Shown here: piece by piece, positions 48,024 through 58,653 of the stretch
How positions within the stretch are numbered: the stretch's first letter is position 1
How the letters are laid out: each line of letters opens with the position of its first letter
NCBI GenBank assembly: GCA_947038565.1
Contig: CAMQWP010000005.1
Coordinates: forward strand, 19,763 to 83,762
Length of the DNA: 64,000 bases
Origin: an uncultured Clostridia bacterium
GTDB lineage: Bacteria > Bacillota > Clostridia > Christensenellales > UBA3700
Direction: 5' to 3'
The notes under the pieces: generated by a model
The model's database searches: none
Seen by the model: only the letters and a program-made list of their open reading frames with translations
Told to the model about the DNA's origin: nothing
Translations under genes and position numbers: made by a program

Positions 48024-49116
48024 TAATTATATCGCACCTTACAGGGTTGATTTATATAATTTAATAGCCGAAAGCGTAGATTTGACTGTTTGTTACGGTG
48101 CACAGCAAGACACAACTAGGGATCAACGCTATACAAATGAAAATATAAATTTCAAAACGATTTTTCGCAAACATATTAAGATTGGATCACGTGCAGATTT
48201 TTCATTTGAAATCCCTAAAATTATTAATAAAGGAATGTATGATTGTGTGTTAGTTGGTGGGTATGATTCTCCATCATTTATGTATGCTATTTCGTATATG
48301 CGAAGAAAGAAAATACCTTTCATGTTAAATGTTGACGGTAGCTTTATAAACTATAATCAGAATTTCTTTTTGAAAAAACTTAAATCTTATTTTATAAAAA
48401 GCGCTAATATGATAATTACTTCGGGAGAATCTAGTGCAAAAGCTTTAGAGTTTTATGGAGCAAATTTAGAAAATATTGAATATTATCCATTTGCTTTTAG
48501 TTTCCCAGAAGAATTAGTTTTACCAAGTTCAAGTGACAAAATAGCAATCAAATCCAAACTTGAGATTAATGAAGATATTGCAATTTTATTTGTTGGTAGG
48601 GCTATGGAGTGTAAAAAAATCGACGTGTTATTAAGAGCATATGCTAGTCTGAAAGGGGACATAGCTCTATATTTCGTTGGAACTACATTAACTAATGAAT
48701 ATAGCGAAATTATAAAAGAATTGGGTCTTGAAAATGTAAAGTTCATTGATTTCAAAACGGGTAAAGATTTAACTGATTACTTTCAGGCGTGCGATTTTTT
48801 TGTCTTGCCGACTGACGGAGAAGTTTGGGGGTTGGTTGTAAATGAGGCTATGATTAATTCGTTGCCAGTCATAACTACGACGCGTTGCAACGCAGGATTA
48901 GAGCTTATTGATAATGGTATAAATGGATTGTTGATTGAGCCGAATGATGTTGAAATGTTAAGCAATGCTATGATCAAGCTTATAGATAATCAAGAGTTGC
49001 GGGACCAGATTTCATACAACTCATATAATTCTATGAAGGACCATAATATTGTAAAAAATAAAGAAGCACATATCAGAGCTTTTAATAAGTTTATTACTGA
49101 AAATGCAGTAAAATAA
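47998..49116 (+). CDS. GT4 glycosyltransferase
   Basis: IAPYR, LFVGR, EVWGLVVNEAM. Confidence 0.9.
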   Translation: MKMKVLIIDNYIAPYRVDLYNLIAESVDLTVCYGAQQDTTRDQRYTNENINFKTIFRKHIKIGSRADFSFEIPKIINKGMYDCVLVGGYDSPSFMYAISYMRRKKIPFMLNVDGSFINYNQNFFLKKLKSYFIKSANMIITSGESSAKALEFYGANLENIEYYPFAFSFPEELVLPSSSDKIAIKSKLEINEDIAILFVGRAMECKKIDVLLRAYASLKGDIALYFVGTTLTNEYSEIIKELGLENVKFIDFKTGKDLTDYFQACDFFVLPTDGEVWGLVVNEAMINSLPVITTTRCNAGLELIDNGINGLLIEPNDVEMLSNAMIKLIDNQELRDQISYNSYNSMKDHNIVKNKEAHIRAFNKFITENAVK

Positions 49117-49222
49117 TAATATATAGTATATTTTATACTTAATTAGGTTTGGTTTAGTGAGTTGAGAGTAAGAATGGAAGACTTTTCTGTATGTTGATTA
49201 TAGAAGTATTAAGGAGGAGATA

Positions 49223-50389
49223 ATGAATATAATTTATGCGTCTAATGCGTGCGATGATGTTACGTATAATAATGAAATATTATCGGAGAAAAACTTAAGT
49301 TTTCAAGCACAAAAATTCAATTCGCTAATAATAAAGGGCATGGCACAATCAGTCGAATCGATCGATGTGATCAGTGGTAGGCCTATTAATCATATAATAC
49401 ATCCTATTAAGTATTACGCAAAAAAAACAGTAGCTGTTGGCAACATATGTTACAATTATTGTGGATTCTTTAATTACAAGTACATAAGGCAGTTAATGCT
49501 CTTTATTAATACCATGAGGATTGCACGCAGGATTGTGTCATCAAAAACAGAGATGTATATGGTATGTGATGTACTTAACTACTCTACGAGTTTGGCGGCA
49601 ATGAATGCTTGCAAGAGAAAGAATATTAAAATTGTTGGAGTGGTGACAGACTTGCCAGAGTTCCTAAGTGGCAAACAAAAAACTATTCAAATGCTGGATA
49701 AATTGATTGACAATTGTGATGCATATGTGATTTTAGCAGAGAAGATGAATGAAAAAATTAATAAGGCTAACAAGCCCTATGTCGTTATAGAGGGTTTTGC
49801 TGATTCTGACATGTCACAACTAGACAATGCGTTAGAGAATAAATATGATAAGAAAGTTGTACTATATTCTGGAGCATTATCTAAGAAATACGGGTTAGAA
49901 ACTCTAGTGCAAGGATTTATCGACGCTAATGTACTGGATAGTGAATTGCATTTATATGGTTTGGGTGATTATGTGCCAGAGATAATGAAAATCATTGAGA
50001 CTAATGATAGTATAAAATACTTTGGGTGCATGCCAAATGAAGTAGTTGTAGGTGCACAGATGAGAGCAACGCTACTAGTTAATCCGAGATTCACTAATGA
50101 AGAATTTGTACATTATTCATTTCCGTCTAAAAATATTGAGTACGTCGCAAGTGGCACACCAATGCTTACAACGAATCTTCCATCAATGCCTGAGGAATAT
50201 AAAGAATTTTGCTATGTGCTAGATGATGAAAGTTCAAAGGGTGTTGCCGAAGCTATTAAGAATATATTATCAAAACCTGATATAGAAGTCCATGAGCTGG
50301 GCTCAAAAGCAAAGGCATGGGTGCTTGATACTAAGAACAACAATAAACAGTCTAAGAAAATAATAGATTTAATTAAGTCGTTAAAATAA
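49223..50389 (+). CDS. GT4-type glycosyltransferase
   Basis: LYSGAL, LLVNPR, YSFPSKNIEY..SG. Confidence 0.88.
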   Translation: MNIIYASNACDDVTYNNEILSEKNLSFQAQKFNSLIIKGMAQSVESIDVISGRPINHIIHPIKYYAKKTVAVGNICYNYCGFFNYKYIRQLMLFINTMRIARRIVSSKTEMYMVCDVLNYSTSLAAMNACKRKNIKIVGVVTDLPEFLSGKQKTIQMLDKLIDNCDAYVILAEKMNEKINKANKPYVVIEGFADSDMSQLDNALENKYDKKVVLYSGALSKKYGLETLVQGFIDANVLDSELHLYGLGDYVPEIMKIIETNDSIKYFGCMPNEVVVGAQMRATLLVNPRFTNEEFVHYSFPSKNIEYVASGTPMLTTNLPSMPEEYKEFCYVLDDESSKGVAEAIKNILSKPDIEVHELGSKAKAWVLDTKNNNKQSKKIIDLIKSLK

Positions 50390-50427
50390 TAACCGAGTCG
50401 CAATTCATATTGTATTTAGAGGTGAAG

Positions 50428-51663
50428 ATGAAAGAAATGAATGAACCGAAATTAAATAAAAGAGTATTGCATCTCAATTCTTGCGGTGCTTTTAGCACTG
50501 GAAATATAGCTGGACAAATACTTGAGGAGCTGCCAGACACGTGGGGTGGAAAACTGATTTTTGCACATGATGATAGCAAGTATCCTTTTGCACAGAAAAT
50601 AGCAGGCAAGAATACTATTTTTTGGCATGTTGTTTTTAATAGGTTGTTTGGCAGGCATGGTCGGTATTCAATAATAAACACATTTAAAATATTAAGAGAA
50701 ATAAAAAAATTTAAACCAGATATCTTGCATTTGCATAATATCCATGGGTATTATATTAACTATTCTATGCTGTTTAAGTTTATTAAGAAAGTGGAATTGA
50801 AAGTTGTATGGACTCTGCATGATTGCTGGAGTTTTACGGGCTTTTGCAGTCACTATGATTATAATCAATGTCAAAAGTGGCAAAGTCAATGTGGAAACTG
50901 TGAGTATATTCATAATGAAGGATACAAAAGTTGGTATTTTGACATCTCTAAAAGCGAATTCGAACGCAAAAAAAAATCTTTTACAAATGTAAAAGATTTG
51001 GAGATAGTTTGTCCTAGTGAGTGGCTAGCTGGTGAAGTCAAGAAGTCATTTTTGAGCCAGTATCCAACTTGTGTTATTAATAATGGAATTGATTTGAAAA
51101 ATTTCACTAAAGTAGATAATCATTCCTATGACGAAGTTATTGACAGAACTAAAAAGATAGTGTTAGCAGTAGCTAGTACTTGGGACGAGAGAAAAGGGTA
51201 TAAAGATATTATTAAGTTGTCTCAATTATTATCTAACGAATATCAAGTCGTTATGGTTGGAGTGAGCAACGCTCAATATGAAGAGTTGAGTGATTCTAAA
51301 ATAGTAGCGATACAGAGTACAAAGAATCAAGTGCAATTAGCTGAGCTATACTCAATGGCGTGTGTTTTTGTTAATACAACAAATGAAGACAATTTTCCAA
51401 CAGTTAATATAGAGTCCATAGCGTGTGGGTGTCCAATGATTACTTACAATTCAGGTGGAAGTGTTGAGATTCCTAATGCGTTTAACGGATTTATTGTGCC
51501 TAAGGCTGATTTGAATGCAATGATTAATACTATTCAATCAGTTGATTGGATTAATGAGAGAACGGTATTAGAATCAAGAAGTGAAGAGATATTCACGAAG
51601 TATTCGAAAGAAAGAATGGCGAAAGATTATTTGAAAATATATATGGATAGGATAGATGAATAA
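50428..51663 (+). CDS. GT4 glycosyltransferase (WcaC-like)
   Basis: STG, HLHNIHG, WTLHDCW, DNFPTVNIES; ATG 50428 behind GAGGTG. Confidence 0.88.
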   Translation: MKEMNEPKLNKRVLHLNSCGAFSTGNIAGQILEELPDTWGGKLIFAHDDSKYPFAQKIAGKNTIFWHVVFNRLFGRHGRYSIINTFKILREIKKFKPDILHLHNIHGYYINYSMLFKFIKKVELKVVWTLHDCWSFTGFCSHYDYNQCQKWQSQCGNCEYIHNEGYKSWYFDISKSEFERKKKSFTNVKDLEIVCPSEWLAGEVKKSFLSQYPTCVINNGIDLKNFTKVDNHSYDEVIDRTKKIVLAVASTWDERKGYKDIIKLSQLLSNEYQVVMVGVSNAQYEELSDSKIVAIQSTKNQVQLAELYSMACVFVNTTNEDNFPTVNIESIACGCPMITYNSGGSVEIPNAFNGFIVPKADLNAMINTIQSVDWINERTVLESRSEEIFTKYSKERMAKDYLKIYMDRIDE

Positions 51664-51745
51664 TTTATAGCTAATAATGTTAGACTGAAAAAGTGAGCAA
51701 AGAGATGTAGTATCTATTAACGTAAAAAACAAGGGAGGGATTGAT

Positions 51746-52414
51746 TTGGATAAGTTGAAATTTATAAGTAGCCATAAATTTATCATTGGCAGTCTATTAG
51801 TAGCATATAATAGATTGAACTTGCATAATAGATTAAGAAATCGAGGAAACAAACTGGAATGTAAATTATCTTTATTAAACAATGTGAAAATTAAAATAAA
51901 AGGAAAAGGGAATAGTATTACAATAGATGAATTATCCAGAATTCATGACACTTTAATATATATTAGTGGCAACAATAACGTAATAGTTATTGGTAAAAAA
52001 TGCTATACTAGGAATCTGAAACTTCATATAGAAGACGACAGTAATATGATATCTATTGGCGATAATACTTCTGTGTGTGGAAAAACACATCTAGCGGCTA
52101 TTGAATCAACTCGTTTGATTATAGGAAAGGATTGTATGTTTTCTAGTGATATTCGAATCGTGACAGGTGATTCTCATAGTGTTGTGGATATGCAAGGGGA
52201 AAGAATTAATCCTTCTAAGGATGTAGTGATAGGCAATCATAATTGGATTGGTGCTAAAGTTACTTGTTTGAAGGGCGTTTGCACGGCAGATAATTGTATC
52301 ATTGGAGCGTCGTCTACTGTTACTAAAAAATTCGATAACCCTAATTGTGCAATCGCTGGTGTTCCCGCTAAAATTGTTAGCACCGATCTCAATTGGTTAG
52401 CGAAAAGAATTTAG
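51746..52414 (+). CDS. Hexapeptide-repeat acyltransferase
   Basis: IGKDCMFS, DSHS, IGNHNWIG, AGVPAK; TTG start behind GGAGG. Confidence 0.88.
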   Translation: MDKLKFISSHKFIIGSLLVAYNRLNLHNRLRNRGNKLECKLSLLNNVKIKIKGKGNSITIDELSRIHDTLIYISGNNNVIVIGKKCYTRNLKLHIEDDSNMISIGDNTSVCGKTHLAAIESTRLIIGKDCMFSSDIRIVTGDSHSVVDMQGERINPSKDVVIGNHNWIGAKVTCLKGVCTADNCIIGASSTVTKKFDNPNCAIAGVPAKIVSTDLNWLAKRI

Positions 52415-52641
52415 ATAAATATTTGAAATATACACTGATAGGTCAGGTCGATCATGGTCGTTGACGAGGAATCATAATATGCACTTACTTAAAAAAGTAT
52501 CGAGAAAATAGAAGTAGCATTAGGTTCTTTGTAATATGCTTAGGAATGAAAATCTTAAATGTTTATGGTAAGAAATCTTTAGCGTGATGACGTTAAATAG
52601 CACTTAATGAAAGAAGTAATTGATTTTAGAAAGGAGAAATA

Positions 52642-53928
52642 ATGTTAAATACAAAAATAAATTTTAACAAAATATTAGATGTGAAAATTGATTTGAATTT
52701 TTTTAATCAATTGTTTTTGCTTTTATATGCTATGTTTTTCACATTAACATTTTCTGACAGTTTATCTAAAGGAATAATCTTATATGCTATATTATTTTGT
52801 TGGCTAGTGACAGCTATATTTATCGATTGCAAATGGATAGAAAAATCAAAAATGTTAATTTTATGTTTTGTGGTTTATTTTATATTGTTGCTGATTAGAG
52901 CTTTGGTTACAGGAAGTTTTGAGGGACTAGATACGTTTTTTCGTAATAACATATATTTCTTCGCATGGATTGTTATAGGAGTTTTTTATTCGAATAATAT
53001 CGATAAATTTGATTTAAAAACAGTGTTAACAATTGTAATAGGTTTCTTGTTTGTAAGTTATTTTGCGACAGTTGTTGGGTTGCTGGAATATCCATCTGCA
53101 TCAAGAGATCTTGCATCTTCGGGTATACATATGTTAAACCCTTTATATAAGAGCTTAGGAATCGGAGGATTTCCCTATATTTATCAAATTCCTTATCTTA
53201 TTATCGTTGCTATAGGCACTATAGGTTTTAAAAGTGGAAAAGGCAAAAATATCTCGTTTATGGCATTGTTATTGTTGGTTATCATTGTTGTTTTACTTGC
53301 AGATTACACAACGGCTTTGATAATTAGTGCAGGTAGTTTTGTGTTGGCAGTTATTCTTAAAGGAGATAAACATATTGCAAACAAATTAATTGTTGTCGGA
53401 GTAGTTTTAATTATAGTTCTTATTTTTAGGGTTCAGCTTTTGACGTTTTTAGTTGATGTTTTTTTTACGGATACAAGTAGTGCCTTTAGGTTAAGACTGA
53501 CTCAACTTATTGATGCAATGTCTGGCGCAGGTGTTGGATCTATGCAAAGATTTGAAATGATGGAAAAGTCTTTTTATGTGTTCTTCAATAATCCATTTTT
53601 CGGAACACTGTTTACTGACGGTGTTGGAGGCGGGCACTCAGATATCGTGGATGCTTTAGGGTCGTATGGAATGTTGTCTATATTTTATTATGGTATTTTT
53701 GAGGTTGCTGCATATTATCAGTATAAACAATTAGAAACAAAATCAAATAAAGTTTCATTTATTCTAATACATTTAGTGTTTATTTTTGCGAGGATAACTA
53801 ACCCTGCTTTGGCTTCAGCATCGATTGCGTGTACGGTTTATTTTATTTGTCCGACTATATTATACTTTAATGAAAATAGATATTCTAAACAACAACTAAT
53901 CAAGGAACAAGAACAGGAAAAATTATGA
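52642..53928 (+). CDS. wzy: Polysaccharide polymerase (Wzy/O-antigen-ligase-like)
   Basis: About 11 TM; NPFFG...GGHS..D...YG loop; position within the locus. Confidence 0.75.
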   Translation: MLNTKINFNKILDVKIDLNFFNQLFLLLYAMFFTLTFSDSLSKGIILYAILFCWLVTAIFIDCKWIEKSKMLILCFVVYFILLLIRALVTGSFEGLDTFFRNNIYFFAWIVIGVFYSNNIDKFDLKTVLTIVIGFLFVSYFATVVGLLEYPSASRDLASSGIHMLNPLYKSLGIGGFPYIYQIPYLIIVAIGTIGFKSGKGKNISFMALLLLVIIVVLLADYTTALIISAGSFVLAVILKGDKHIANKLIVVGVVLIIVLIFRVQLLTFLVDVFFTDTSSAFRLRLTQLIDAMSGAGVGSMQRFEMMEKSFYVFFNNPFFGTLFTDGVGGGHSDIVDALGSYGMLSIFYYGIFEVAAYYQYKQLETKSNKVSFILIHLVFIFARITNPALASASIACTVYFICPTILYFNENRYSKQQLIKEQEQEKL

Positions 53929-53996
53929 GAATAGTATTTATTAGCAATTTTTCAAATCATCATCAATTGCCATTGAGTGTTGTAAGAAGTTTTTGA
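53925..53996 (+). pseudogene. 5' stub of a deleted glycosyltransferase gene
   Basis: ATGA-coupled to wzy; MRIVFISNFSNHHQLPLS resembles GT4 N-termini and stops after 23 codons. Confidence 0.65.
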
Positions 53997-54137
53997 GTCG
54001 AGATATCCTAAGAAATCAAGTTTTTAATTGTAATACTGATTGCTCAATACGTTTCAAAGAAATATAACTTCAGGAATAATAGATGATTTTGAATCAAAGC
54101 ACTTGAAATAATGCTTAATACAAATTTAGGAGAATAT

Positions 54138-55139
54138 ATGGAAAAAATTAAAGTAAGTATAAAATGTTTGGTTTATAATCATGAACAATATTTAAGAAAG
54201 TGTCTAGATGGATTTGTAATGCAAAAAACTAATTTTAAATTTGAAGCAATAGTACATGATGACGCATCTACTGATAATAGTGCTAACATAATTCGTGAGT
54301 ATGCTTTGAAATATCCAGATATTATCAAGCCGATTTATCAAACAGAAAACCAGTATACGAAGAATGATGGTAGCATTGGAAAACTAATGAATAAAGAATG
54401 TACTGGAAATTATATAGCATTGTGTGAGGGTGATGATTATTGGACAGATATGAATAAGCTCCAGTTACAATCAGATTGTCTTGATAGCAATCCAGACTGT
54501 ACATTTTGTTTTACCAATGCAGACCTTTTTGATGTTAGTACAGGTAAAACCAATTTGTTTATAACGGAATTGAATAATGAAGATATTAGTGGTAAAGAAA
54601 TTATGTCCATTGGAGTTGGAGAACTGATTAATACACCATTTATCCCAACAGCGTCATACTTTTTTCGGGCATCTAATTATAACAAGTTTCCAACATGTTT
54701 TAATGAAAACATGGGTGCAGGAGACAGAAAGCTGTCATTATTTTCAACAGCTATAGGAAGAGCGATTTTTATTAATAAAAAAACTTGTGTTTACAGAAAA
54801 AATGTTCCAAATTCAGTTATGACAAAATGGCAAACATTAAATTATGAGGAATCATACAATCTTGCTAAATCGTTTCATTTATTATACGAAAAGATTGATG
54901 AATTTACGAACTATGAATATTCTCATATTATAACTCCATTGTATGATGCATACAAAAAACAAATGATAGTATCGGGAATCGCAAAGGGATTGAGAAAGAA
55001 TAAAGACTTTAATGATTGTATTAAAAGGCAAAGTTTCAAAGTAAAGACGAAGCTATTGATTGCAGATATCTGTCCTAAAATGTTGCACGCAATATTAAAG
55101 ATTAAACATAAAATTCCAAGAAAGATAATAAGGAGCTAA
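54138..55139 (+). CDS. GT2 glycosyltransferase
   Basis: YNHEQY, HDDASTD, ALCEGDDYW; ATG 54138 behind AGGAG. Confidence 0.92.
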   Translation: MEKIKVSIKCLVYNHEQYLRKCLDGFVMQKTNFKFEAIVHDDASTDNSANIIREYALKYPDIIKPIYQTENQYTKNDGSIGKLMNKECTGNYIALCEGDDYWTDMNKLQLQSDCLDSNPDCTFCFTNADLFDVSTGKTNLFITELNNEDISGKEIMSIGVGELINTPFIPTASYFFRASNYNKFPTCFNENMGAGDRKLSLFSTAIGRAIFINKKTCVYRKNVPNSVMTKWQTLNYEESYNLAKSFHLLYEKIDEFTNYEYSHIITPLYDAYKKQMIVSGIAKGLRKNKDFNDCIKRQSFKVKTKLLIADICPKMLHAILKIKHKIPRKIIRS

Positions 55140-55144
55140 GATGA

Positions 55145-56788
55145 ATGCTTGATAATAATTTAAAGCAACAGGCCGCAACTTCGTTAATATGGAAGCTTTT
55201 CGAAAAATTCGGAACGCAATTGATATCGTTTACTTTATCAATTGTTCTTGCTAGAATACTTATGCCAGAAGATTATGGCACGATAGCTTTGCTGTCCATT
55301 TTTGTGCAGGTTGCGAGTGTTTTTGTGCAGTCAGGATTTGCTACTGCATTAGTTAGAAAAGAAGATGCAGATGATTTAGACTTTTCAAGTGTGTTTTATT
55401 TTAGTTTAGCAGTTTCGATAATTTTGTACTTAGTTTTATTTTTTACTGCTCCACTTATAGCAGAATTTTATGAAATACCAATGCTAAAAAATGTGCTTAG
55501 AGTGATGGCTCTTACGATTATTGTGGGCTCTTATAATGGCATGCAGAATGTAAAATTACAGAAAGAAATGATGTTTAAAAAGTTGTTTATAAGTTCTTTT
55601 GGTGCTGTTGTATTGTCTGGTATAGTTGGTATTACCATGGCGTACTTGGGTTTTGGTGTGTGGGCTCTTGCGGGGCAACAGATTACTGCGGTGGTTGTGA
55701 CTTCTGTTGTTATGACATTCACAGTAAAGTGGCGACCTAGGTTAATGTTTAGTTTTAAAAGATTAAAATCCCTTTTCAAATTCGGTTGGAAATTGTTGTT
55801 TTCTGGATTACTTGATGTGCTTTACAATAATATCTATTCTTTGATAATTGGTAAAAAATACTCTTCTTCCGACCTTGGATATTGGAATAAAGCAAAGCAG
55901 TTTCCTTCTTTAGTTGTTGATAATATTAACGGCTCAATTGCATCAGTTATGTACCCTGTTTTTTCAAGATTGCAAGGCGATAAGCCTGCTTTGAAGAGTG
56001 CTGTACGAAGGTCAATAAGAATAAGCTCATATATGGTTTTTCCGCTAATGATGGGACTGGCAATGTGTGCAGAGCCAGTTGTGCAACTTGTTTTAGGTGA
56101 TAAGTGGATGTTGTGTGTTCCATTTTTGCAAGGTTGGTGTTTTTGTTACGCGCTTATGCCTGTCCATGTGACAAATCTACAAGTTTATAATGCACTAGGC
56201 AGAAGTGATGTTTTTCTTGCTCTTGAGATAGTAAAGAAGGTTATAGGTGTTGGTGTATTGTTTGCGACATTGCCATTTGGTTTGGAGTGGATGATGTTCG
56301 GCAAGATGTGCTCCACTATTGTCAGTGGCTTAATTAACGCGGCTCCTAATGTTAAAATACTAGGCTATAAAGTGAGTGAGCAGTTGATGGATCTCTTGCC
56401 GTCAGTAGGTTTATCTATAGTTATGGGTGGATTTGTTTTTGGTGTTTCGTTCATTCCAATGCATTATATTGGAGTGCTTGCAGTTCAGATAATAGTGGGA
56501 GTGATAATTTATGTCGGATTGTCGGCGTTGTTTAAACTCGAGTCATTTAAGTATATTGTTTCGAATATTAAAGTGGTTATTTCAAAGCTAAAAGATAAAC
56601 TAAACAATAAGAAGAATAATAACAGTAATGTGAAAGAAAATGATGTTGTTATTGATGTTGTTATTGATGTTGTTAATGATGTTAGTGAAATTGAATCCAC
56701 TACTGATAGTGATGACAATATTGAAAAAGCGAAATCAGATAGTTTTATAGATAAAGAAGAAGGTAGTTTGCAAGATAATAAAGACTAA
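55145..56788 (+). CDS. wzx: Polysaccharide flippase (WzxC-like)
   Basis: LARILMPEDYG, WRP..FS, IIGKKYS, LGDKW; 12-14 TM; acidic tail. Confidence 0.92.
   Translation: MLDNNLKQQAATSLIWKLFEKFGTQLISFTLSIVLARILMPEDYGTIALLSIFVQVASVFVQSGFATALVRKEDADDLDFSSVFYFSLAVSIILYLVLFFTAPLIAEFYEIPMLKNVLRVMALTIIVGSYNGMQNVKLQKEMMFKKLFISSFGAVVLSGIVGITMAYLGFGVWALAGQQITAVVVTSVVMTFTVKWRPRLMFSFKRLKSLFKFGWKLLFSGLLDVLYNNIYSLIIGKKYSSSDLGYWNKAKQFPSLVVDNINGSIASVMYPVFSRLQGDKPALKSAVRRSIRISSYMVFPLMMGLAMCAEPVVQLVLGDKWMLCVPFLQGWCFCYALMPVHVTNLQVYNALGRSDVFLALEIVKKVIGVGVLFATLPFGLEWMMFGKMCSTIVSGLINAAPNVKILGYKVSEQLMDLLPSVGLSIVMGGFVFGVSFIPMHYIGVLAVQIIVGVIIYVGLSALFKLESFKYIVSNIKVVISKLKDKLNNKKNNNSNVKENDVVIDVVIDVVNDVSEIESTTDSDDNIEKAKSDSFIDKEEGSLQDNKD
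56642..56677 (+). repeat. In-frame 12-bp tandem repeat, three copies, in the wzx tail
   Basis: GATGTTGTTATT GATGTTGTTATT GATGTTGTTAAT (DVVI DVVI DVVN). Confidence 0.7.
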
Positions 56789-56900
56789 ATGAGATGTGTT
56801 TATTTAGAACAAAATAGAATGGGTTCAAATATAGAATAAAAATATTAATTGGACAGAGAAAGATCGTTGTGAATTATTAAAGAGCAAAGGAGAACTGTAT

Positions 56901-57599
56901 ATGAAAATAGGTATTATGCAACCATATTATTTCCCGTATATTGGATATTGGCAGCTTATGAATGCTGTTGATAAATATGTAATATATGACGATGTCAATT
57001 TTATTAAAGGTGGCTGGATTAACAGGAATAGAGTGTTGAATAATGGAAGTGCAAGTTTTTTTAACGTGAAGATGTCTAATGCTAGCCCCAATTTATTTAT
57101 AAATGAAATTGGTGCACCTAATGATTTAATATATAAAAACAAACAAATCAAGACGCTTGAGATGTTATATAAGAAAGCTCCGTATTATGATGAGTGTATA
57201 GAGCTGATAACAAGCGTGATAATGTGCGAAGAAGAAAATTTAGCGTTATATCTTAAAAATGGCATAATAGAAATAGCACACTTGTTAGATATGAAAACAG
57301 AGTTCACTTTATCTTCTGAATTGACTAAGGATAATGCTCTAAAAGGCAGCGATAAAGTAATTGCGATTTGCAAAGAATTAGGTGCGACAGAGTACTTAAA
57401 TGCTATTGGTGGACAGGAATTGTATGATAGAGATGATTTCAAGAGCGAAGGTCTAGGATTAAGTTTTGTCAAGACAAACATAGTCGAATATAAACAGTTC
57501 AAGGCAGATTTCGTTGCTGGGTTGTCAATAATTGATGTACTGATGTTTAATGGCAAAGAAAAAACTAAAGGCATGCTTAATAGCTATGAGTTGGTGTAA
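56901..57599 (+). CDS. WbqC family protein
   Basis: IMQPYYFPYIGYWQL, WINRNR, YLNAIGG..LY, LSIIDVLMF. Confidence 0.92.
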   Translation: MKIGIMQPYYFPYIGYWQLMNAVDKYVIYDDVNFIKGGWINRNRVLNNGSASFFNVKMSNASPNLFINEIGAPNDLIYKNKQIKTLEMLYKKAPYYDECIELITSVIMCEEENLALYLKNGIIEIAHLLDMKTEFTLSSELTKDNALKGSDKVIAICKELGATEYLNAIGGQELYDRDDFKSEGLGLSFVKTNIVEYKQFKADFVAGLSIIDVLMFNGKEKTKGMLNSYELV

Positions 57600-57633
57600 T
57601 ATGGATAAATTATTTGAAGATGGAGGAGTATTT

Positions 57634-58653
57634 ATGGCAAAGAAAATAATAATTTTTGGAGCAACAGGAGATGTAGGTTTATATCTGACAGATTATCTTG
57701 CAGAAACAGTTGATAGAAGTAAATATGATATAATTGCTTCAGGAAGAATGCAAACAAATTTTTTTGATAGGTATAACGTTGAGTATATTAATCTAGATTT
57801 AACTATAAAAGCAGATTTTGAAAAATTGCCTAATAGCGATGTTCATGCTGTTATTATGTTGTCTGGATTAATGCCAGCCCACGTAAAGGAGTATAATCCT
57901 CAAGATTATATTGACGTTAACATTACGGGTGGACTGAATGTTTTAGAGTATTGTAGACGAGTACAAGCAGATAGAATAATATATGCTCAAAGCATATCTG
58001 ATATAATAGGATATTTAGGGACAGAAAAATTACTAAAGCCTGACCTAGCTAGGAGTATTAAATATACTGGCGATCATGCGATGTATATAATCAGCAAAAA
58101 TTGTATGGTTGATATAATAGAGCATTATAGACAAGAATTCGGGCTAAAATCTATAATCGTTAGGTTGCCGAATATATACATGCATACAGCAACACCTTAT
58201 TATTTTGTCAATTGTGAACGTCGCATGAAAGCACATAACGCAATAATCGAGAAGGCAATTAAAGGTGAAGATATCGAGATATGGGGTGATTCTAATCAAG
58301 AAAAAGACATGGTTTATGTCAAGGATTTAGCGCAAATAGTAGAGAAGAGTTTATGGATTGATAGGGAATATGGGTTATACAATATCGGAACGGGTATTGG
58401 AATAACAATAGAGAATCAAGTGAAAGGTATCGTAGAAGTATTTTCTCAAGAAGGAAATAAGTCAAAGATTTCTTATGCTCCTGACAAACCAAGTGGTAAC
58501 GAATATATAATGGATGTAACTAATGCTAAAGAAGATCTGGGTTATGAGCCAAAATATGATTACATTTCATATTTACGAGATTTGAAACAAGAAATGGAAA
58601 TTGATAGATTTAAAGATTTTCACGACGAAAAGTGTAGGAAGGTAATTAAATGA
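57634..58653 (+). CDS. NAD-dependent epimerase/dehydratase
   Basis: FGATGDVG, YIISK (YxxxK), KDMVYVKD, YNIGTG; ATG 57634 behind GGAGG. Confidence 0.9.
   Translation: MAKKIIIFGATGDVGLYLTDYLAETVDRSKYDIIASGRMQTNFFDRYNVEYINLDLTIKADFEKLPNSDVHAVIMLSGLMPAHVKEYNPQDYIDVNITGGLNVLEYCRRVQADRIIYAQSISDIIGYLGTEKLLKPDLARSIKYTGDHAMYIISKNCMVDIIEHYRQEFGLKSIIVRLPNIYMHTATPYYFVNCERRMKAHNAIIEKAIKGEDIEIWGDSNQEKDMVYVKDLAQIVEKSLWIDREYGLYNIGTGIGITIENQVKGIVEVFSQEGNKSKISYAPDKPSGNEYIMDVTNAKEDLGYEPKYDYISYLRDLKQEMEIDRFKDFHDEKCRKVIK

Noticed and set aside
52415-52641. Possible further gene remnant between the acyltransferase and wzy
   Set aside because: No convincing motif could be read in any frame by eye; blastx would be needed.
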